Notes under the pieces: model-generated
Seen by the model: the letters and a program-made list of their open reading frames with translations, nothing else
The model's database searches: none
What the model was told of the DNA's origin: nothing
Shown: piece by piece, positions 58,592 through 64,000 of the stretch
Numbering within the stretch: the stretch's first letter is position 1
How the letters are laid out: every line of letters starts with the position of its first letter
Made by a program: the position numbers and the translations under genes
NCBI GenBank assembly: GCA_017437755.1
Contig: JAFRXI010000018.1
Span: 24,325-88,324 of the forward strand
Source: Bacteroidales bacterium
GTDB lineage: Bacteria; Bacteroidota; Bacteroidia; Bacteroidales; UBA932
Reading direction: 5' to 3'
Length of the DNA: 64,000 nt

Positions 58592-60331
58592 ATGAAAAAG
58601 ATTGTTTTATCAGTAGCAGCAGTTGCAATGCTGTTCGTTTCCTGCACAAAGGAAAACACTGCAGGTTCATCTGAGAACCTGGTCAAGATTACCGTAAATA
58701 CCGGCTTTGACACAAAGACGCAGTTCGGAACGATCTCCGAGGGAACATACCCCGTCCTCTGGTCAGAGGGCGACAAGATCCAGATCGCGCTGGCTTCTGT
58801 AGATGGCGACGGCAAGGCAACCCGGTCCGTGTTCGTCCAGGCATCCGGTGAGGCCATCCTTTCCGACGGCGGAGCGAACGCCAAATTCGACGTGGAAGTA
58901 TCCGAAATCGCCGACGCCACCCGCTACCAGTATTTCTCATATGCTCCTGCAGGAGTTCAGGGTCAATGGGGCTGCTGGCAGATAGATAAGAGCCAGAGCC
59001 GACTCGATATCCCTCCGGTGCAGACCCCGCTCGCCGGTTCTCCGGATCCGCATGCGATGGCTTTCTACGGAAAGAGCGTCGTGTATGACTCATTCGTCAC
59101 CAACCCCGAGATAACCTATACCCATCTTACCGGATATGGCTGCCTTTCTTTCCAGAACCTCAAGCTTGATGACGGCGACTCGGTCGAGAAGGTTGTGATT
59201 TCAACCCCTGACAATATCATTGCAGGAATGTATTCCATAATGTACGGCAATGACTATCAGGCGTCACGCCAGTTCCGTGAAATTACCATCAATACCTCGG
59301 CCACCCAGAATATCTACTTTGCCGTGAATACTGTAAATCCCCAGACCAATACCGTCAAGACAAGCATGAAGGTCACGGTCATCACGGTCAAGGGCAATAC
59401 CCTGGAGAAGGACCTGGACGTAGCAAGCCATCCGATTGAATTCAAACAGGGCCGGTGCGTGAAGTTCACCGTTGACATGAGCAGTGTCGGAGAGACCGAT
59501 CCGGTGTTCGAGTCAGGATATTATCTCCTTGGAAATGCCGCTGCAGGAGGCAAGGAGCTCAAGGCCGCCCTCGAGGATGCCAGCAAGTACGCATGGTTCG
59601 GTGAACTGAAGGCCGGCGACCTCAAGATCGCACGCTTCGAGGATTCGGTCCCTACCTATATCAACCACGACGGCGCCTTTGCATTCGGCGTAGCGGAGGA
59701 TATCGCTACCAGCGGAACGGCTGCTGTCTGGACCATACCTGCGGACGGCAACTATCGTGTAGTCTATGACAAGGCGAATGAAACCGTTACCGTTTATGAT
59801 CCCACAGAGGATGCCAAACTCTACAAGACCATTTCCGGACATTTCAAGGCGGGAGGTTTCGATGAGGATGTGACATTCACCCTCGCTCCCGGTCAGGGAC
59901 TCATCTTCGGCCGCAAGGGGAACAACATCAATGGCGGCGGCTGGAATTCAAAGGATATCAATATCCAGTTCAGCGCGGCAGACCCTCAGATTCTCGTGTA
60001 TTCGGGAAGTGACATCAAGGGTGACCAGGTATTTGCCATCTATGGATGGAAGACCGCCAACGGAGCGGCATATACCAATATCGACAGCTGTTTCTATATC
60101 GCGATTGATAAAGACACAAAGGGGAATTACAAGGTCAACCTGAATGAATGGATCGGATTCGCATACGGTTTCTGCGGTGATACCGTGGATCCCAAGTTCA
60201 ATGGGGATGACGACAAGGATTATGTCAGGGACTATAAGTTCCTGTTCCAGGCTGAGGACGATACGGTTACTCCCACGAACTTCATAATCTTTGATTTCCA
60301 TAACAATAAGGTACGCTTTGAAAAGAGGTAA
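58592..60331 (+). CDS. Fimbrillin (Mfa-like) lipoprotein carrying a C-terminal copy of the upstream SGBP domains
   Basis: Lipobox FVSC; DTKT..LWSEGDKIQI, YFSYAP, YTHL; C-terminal half paralogous to the protein encoded at 57570-58420. Confidence 0.78.
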   Translation: MKKIVLSVAAVAMLFVSCTKENTAGSSENLVKITVNTGFDTKTQFGTISEGTYPVLWSEGDKIQIALASVDGDGKATRSVFVQASGEAILSDGGANAKFDVEVSEIADATRYQYFSYAPAGVQGQWGCWQIDKSQSRLDIPPVQTPLAGSPDPHAMAFYGKSVVYDSFVTNPEITYTHLTGYGCLSFQNLKLDDGDSVEKVVISTPDNIIAGMYSIMYGNDYQASRQFREITINTSATQNIYFAVNTVNPQTNTVKTSMKVTVITVKGNTLEKDLDVASHPIEFKQGRCVKFTVDMSSVGETDPVFESGYYLLGNAAAGGKELKAALEDASKYAWFGELKAGDLKIARFEDSVPTYINHDGAFAFGVAEDIATSGTAAVWTIPADGNYRVVYDKANETVTVYDPTEDAKLYKTISGHFKAGGFDEDVTFTLAPGQGLIFGRKGNNINGGGWNSKDINIQFSAADPQILVYSGSDIKGDQVFAIYGWKTANGAAYTNIDSCFYIAIDKDTKGNYKVNLNEWIGFAYGFCGDTVDPKFNGDDDKDYVRDYKFLFQAEDDTVTPTNFIIFDFHNNKVRFEKR

Positions 60332-60343
60332 TTCCAATCGCAG

Positions 60344-61921
60344 ATGAGTCATCTCAAAGCAATACTTCTTTTTGCCGGCGTGGCATTGGCGGTCTCCTGT
60401 GATAAGGAGCCCGCCGGTGCCGGCGCAGGCAGCGACACTCTTTTGAAGAACAAGGAAATCGTCATTTCCCCGGAGAGGAACAAGGTTTACCGCAATCCTC
60501 TCAACGGCTTTGTCCTTTACTCGGGTCTGGGTAACGACATGTCCCATTTCTGGGAGAGATACGACGCCTTCCAGTCCGCCAACGGAATCGTAAACGCATG
60601 CGACTATGCTAATACGCTCCTTATCCGCGGCAACTGGGCCCAGCTAAACCCCGAGGAGGGCCTCTACATCTGGATGGACGAGTGCCAGACCGAGGTGTCC
60701 AAACGATACAAGATGCTTGTGAAAGGGGCTTGGGAAAGAGGTATGCGCGTGGGGTTCGGCTACACTATCGACAGCCGTGACAAGCATGAATGGTGTTCGC
60801 CAAAATACGTGAAGGACAAGGGCGCAAAGGGATACACGACCCAGACTGGATCGGCGACGGTATGGACTCCGTACCCAGACGATCCTGTGTTCCAGAAGTG
60901 CTATGAAAAATTCATCCACGACTTTGCGCAGCACATCAATGACCCCGAGCACTATGAATTCGTACACGGCGTAGGTATCGGCCTGTGGGGAGAGTATCAC
61001 CGGTGCATCTATTCCACCGGAGATGAAAAACCCAAGATTCCGGTGTTCGAATGGGTGACGGATCTGTTCGTGAAAGAATTCACCAGGATCCCGACTTTCA
61101 TCAACTACCACAGGCACGTGGGTGCGCTTAAAAGCGAGGGGGGTGCCAATCCGGATTCCGAAGGAATGATAGACAGTGCCGTAAAGAAAGGCATGTCAAT
61201 CGGCAGCGGAGCGTTCGGGATGGGCGACTACTACGGCTCGTGGGAGAAGCGCATAGTCGCAAAATACAGGTATAAGAGGCCTGTCGTGGCTGAAGGCGGA
61301 TGGGTAAAGTCGTCGCACGGATCGTCGGCGTTCAAGGATCCCCATGGGTACAAGACCTGGTACGATGTCCGCAAGGGCGAATACGACGACGCCATAGATG
61401 CGTGCGCCAACACCCTGGATCTCCGGTATAACGACAACCCGGAGGATTCCGAGGCGTATTCATGGTTCAACGAGGGCTTCTCGCTTCTGGAACAGTTCCT
61501 TCAGACGGGAACTTACAGAATCTACCCCCAGAAGGTGTCTGTCCCTACGGAAATCGGCAACGGTGACAATATCACCATCGTACACAGATGGGTGAACCTG
61601 GGCAACGCCTATTGTCCTACAAACATCCCCCAGTTCGAGGGAAAATACAAGGTCGCTTTCGCCCTCATCAGGGCCACGAGCGGCAAGATAGAGAAACTGT
61701 TCTATGACGAAGCGGCACGCCCGTGCGACTGGATCAAGGGCAAGACCTCGTCGTATGAACTGAAGACCGTCGTGAAGGATGTCTCTCCCGGTACCTATAT
61801 CTGGGCCGTGGGCATAGTAAACGACCATTCGGAAGAAAAGAACATAGGTATTTATATCTCTGCTAAGGGGGATTTTACGGAAGATAACTGGCTGCGGCTC
61901 ACAACCGTAACCGTTAAATAG
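60344..61921 (+). CDS. DUF4832/DUF4874-like lipoprotein, putative glycoside hydrolase
   Basis: Lipobox AVSC; RNPLNG, W..LNPEEG.Y.W, GLWGEYH, AEGGW, YRIYP, W.NLG. Confidence 0.7.
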   Translation: MSHLKAILLFAGVALAVSCDKEPAGAGAGSDTLLKNKEIVISPERNKVYRNPLNGFVLYSGLGNDMSHFWERYDAFQSANGIVNACDYANTLLIRGNWAQLNPEEGLYIWMDECQTEVSKRYKMLVKGAWERGMRVGFGYTIDSRDKHEWCSPKYVKDKGAKGYTTQTGSATVWTPYPDDPVFQKCYEKFIHDFAQHINDPEHYEFVHGVGIGLWGEYHRCIYSTGDEKPKIPVFEWVTDLFVKEFTRIPTFINYHRHVGALKSEGGANPDSEGMIDSAVKKGMSIGSGAFGMGDYYGSWEKRIVAKYRYKRPVVAEGGWVKSSHGSSAFKDPHGYKTWYDVRKGEYDDAIDACANTLDLRYNDNPEDSEAYSWFNEGFSLLEQFLQTGTYRIYPQKVSVPTEIGNGDNITIVHRWVNLGNAYCPTNIPQFEGKYKVAFALIRATSGKIEKLFYDEAARPCDWIKGKTSSYELKTVVKDVSPGTYIWAVGIVNDHSEEKNIGIYISAKGDFTEDNWLRLTTVTVK

Positions 61922-61929
61922 ATTTCAAA

Positions 61930-63498
61930 ATGATCAATATAAGGCATACCTTGTCGCTGGCTGTGGCGATGTTCATGGCTGTGTCGTGTCATGGCAGGTC
62001 GGAGACAGGAGGGGAGGTGAACACTGGCGCGTCCAATGTGATTACCCTTTCCATAAGTCCCGACAGGACTTCGGCCCTAAAGAACCCGCTCAACGGTTGG
62101 GTGATGTATGTTTCGGCCACATCGGATCCATCCTACTTCGATACAAAGATCTATGTGCCCGAACTTGGCAGGGAAGTGCTGGTGCGGGATTATGCATCCG
62201 CTTGCTATATCCGCACCGGCTGGAAGGCCTTCAACCCTGCCGACGGCAAGTATGCATGGGACGATCCCTCCACAAACCTCTATAAGTTGATAAACAAGGC
62301 CCGGGAACTTGGAATCCCTATAGCTTTCCGGGTTGTGGTAGACGGCCGCGACCAGAGGGAGAATACCCCTCAGTTCGTATTCGATGCCGGAGCGAAGTAC
62401 TGGCTCTCCGATTCAAAATACCCTGACAGGAAGACCCCTCTGGCGATCGATCCTGTTTGGAGAAGGTACTACGAGAAATTTGTGAAAGCCTTCGCGGAGC
62501 GTTTCAATGACCCTTCGGTCTGCGCTTTCATTGATGCCTATGGACTTGGAAAATGGGGTGAGGGACATAACGTATGCTATGAGCAGAACAATGCCGTCAC
62601 CTCAAAGACTGCTGATTATAAGGCAGATACAATGGAGTGGATTACAAAACTGTACAGCAGTAACTTTACAAGGATTCCACTTGTCATCAACTATCACCGT
62701 CATATCGGGCACCCGGTGAGCGAAGGGGCCAAGGCGGAGTCCGACAGCGAACACGTGCTTCAGATAGCTATCAATAACGGGTATTGCCTGCGTTCTGACG
62801 CTTTTGGCATGAACAACAACAGCTGGGGGTACAACGATTGGGAGCGGGCATTTGTGAAGAAATGGGAACTCAGACTCCCCATACTCATGGAGGGAGGATG
62901 GATTGTCGGACAGCACTCGTACTGGAACGATGAACAGGGTTACCGCAGGGATCATCCGGAGGATGTGCGTAAGGGAGAATTTGAAGCATCTGCCAACGCC
63001 CATGTCAACATGATGGATTTCCGTGTGGGCGATGAGACCAGATCGTGGTTCCAGACCAGTTTTACGCTTGTTGAGAGATTCATTTCCGAGGGAGGATACC
63101 GGCTTTATCCTGACAAGGTGTCGCTTCCTTCCAAAATGAAAAAGGGTGTCAAGTCCCAGATTACTCATCGCTGGCGCAATCTCGGATGGGGTTATCTGCC
63201 AAATAACATCAAGCAGTGGAATTACAAGTACAAGGTGGCATTTGCACTTATCGATTCGGAAGGAAAGGTTGCCCAGCTATTCATCGACGACGAATGTGAG
63301 CCGTCGGATTGGCATCAGGGTGCTCCTATGGCGTATACTATCGATGTGAAGGCGGATGTGAAGGCCGGCATATATCTGTGGGCTGTGGCAATCGTGGACA
63401 CCTCCCTCAAGAACACTCCCGGAATACGGCTTGCTGCCGCCAAGCTGAGCACCACGACGGATGGTTGGACAAAACTTGCTGACGTAACGGTTGAATGA
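61930..63498 (+). CDS. DUF4832/DUF4874-like lipoprotein, paralog of the upstream gene
   Basis: KNPLNGW, W..FNPADGKYAW, GKWGEGH, MEGGW, GYRLYP, WRNLG. Confidence 0.7.
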   Translation: MINIRHTLSLAVAMFMAVSCHGRSETGGEVNTGASNVITLSISPDRTSALKNPLNGWVMYVSATSDPSYFDTKIYVPELGREVLVRDYASACYIRTGWKAFNPADGKYAWDDPSTNLYKLINKARELGIPIAFRVVVDGRDQRENTPQFVFDAGAKYWLSDSKYPDRKTPLAIDPVWRRYYEKFVKAFAERFNDPSVCAFIDAYGLGKWGEGHNVCYEQNNAVTSKTADYKADTMEWITKLYSSNFTRIPLVINYHRHIGHPVSEGAKAESDSEHVLQIAINNGYCLRSDAFGMNNNSWGYNDWERAFVKKWELRLPILMEGGWIVGQHSYWNDEQGYRRDHPEDVRKGEFEASANAHVNMMDFRVGDETRSWFQTSFTLVERFISEGGYRLYPDKVSLPSKMKKGVKSQITHRWRNLGWGYLPNNIKQWNYKYKVAFALIDSEGKVAQLFIDDECEPSDWHQGAPMAYTIDVKADVKAGIYLWAVAIVDTSLKNTPGIRLAAAKLSTTTDGWTKLADVTVE

Positions 63499-63499
63499 T

Positions 63500-64000
63500 A
63501 TGAAAATTGAGAAAACAATACTGACAATTGCGGCCGTAGCGGCGCTCTTTGTTTCTATCGAATCGTGCCGGAAACCGGAACTCCCGGAAGAAGGCAATAA
63601 ACCCGGAGAGGAACAGGTGGACCCCGGTACTGACCCCGGTACTGACCCTGGGACCGATCCGGGAACTGATCCTGGGACCGATCCGGGAACCGATCCTGGG
63701 ACCGATCCGGGAACTGATCCTGGCACCGACCCTGGAACCGATCCGGAGCCAAGAGTATTATCCGTGCCAAAGCCCGTAACGGCTTCTGACGGCAATACCC
63801 TCAGGATACTTGCCATCGGCAACAGTTTTTCGCAGGATGCCGCGGAGCAGTATATTTATGAGCTCTTCAAGGCCTCCGGTCAGGAAACCATCATAGGAAA
63901 CATGTACATCGGCGGCTGCACAATCGACACCCATCTGGCAAAGGCGAACAATGGCGCCAAGGACTATGAGTACCGCAAGGTTGTAAGCGGCACCAAGACC
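63500..64000 (+). CDS. Partial DUF4886-like SGNH-fold lipoprotein with a (DPGT)10 linker
   Basis: Manual translation from ATG 63500: MKIEKTILTIAAVAALFVSIESC...LRILAIGNSFSQDA...GNMYIGGC; open to the window end and absent from the ORF track. Confidence 0.85.
   Translation, partial: MKIEKTILTIAAVAALFVSIESCRKPELPEEGNKPGEEQVDPGTDPGTDPGTDPGTDPGTDPGTDPGTDPGTDPGTDPGTDPEPRVLSVPKPVTASDGNTLRILAIGNSFSQDAAEQYIYELFKASGQETIIGNMYIGGCTIDTHLAKANNGAKDYEYRKVVSGTKT
63620..63745 (+). repeat. 12-bp coding tandem repeat GAY-CCN-GGN-ACY x10 (DPGT)
   Basis: Units read directly; variation only at third codon positions. Confidence 0.95.

Noticed and set aside
1-64000. tRNA, rRNA, integrase, transposase, phage or defence genes
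   Set aside because: None recognised by eye; nearly all sequence is accounted for by the listed CDSs.

Overview
GC-rich Bacteroidales DNA (inferred from the SusC/SusD pairs, TAnnTTTG promoters and lipoprotein signals; possibly a rumen/gut Cryptobacteroides-like lineage). It holds three polysaccharide utilisation loci (PULs) interleaved with methionine biosynthesis genes. PUL1 (1.2-17.3 kb) resembles the B. thetaiotaomicron beta-1,6-glucan locus (SusR-like regulator, SusC, SusD, GH30, glycan-binding protein) with extra esterases. PUL2 (25.3-46.8 kb) has GH164-like, GH5-like and GH39-like enzymes, two histidine phosphatases, a stripped-down SusC, a full SusC/D pair and a hybrid two-component system. 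PUL3 (52.0 kb to window end) has SusC/D, a SusE-like protein, two DUF4832-like proteins and a DUF4886-like protein. The Met genes are thrA/metL-metX-metY plus Lrp, and metF-metH. The top finding is a three-part module seen in both PUL1 and PUL3. It comprises a surface glycan-binding protein, a fimbrillin (type V pilin)-like lipoprotein ending in a copy of that protein's C-terminal domain, and an adjacent 40-44 aa YxxP micro-ORF missed by the ORF track. Also notable: a SusC lacking a TonB box and loops, an out-of-frame upstream ORF at metH, phased Lrp boxes, and a REP/MITE-like repeat cluster. All family calls come from motif recognition, not database searches.
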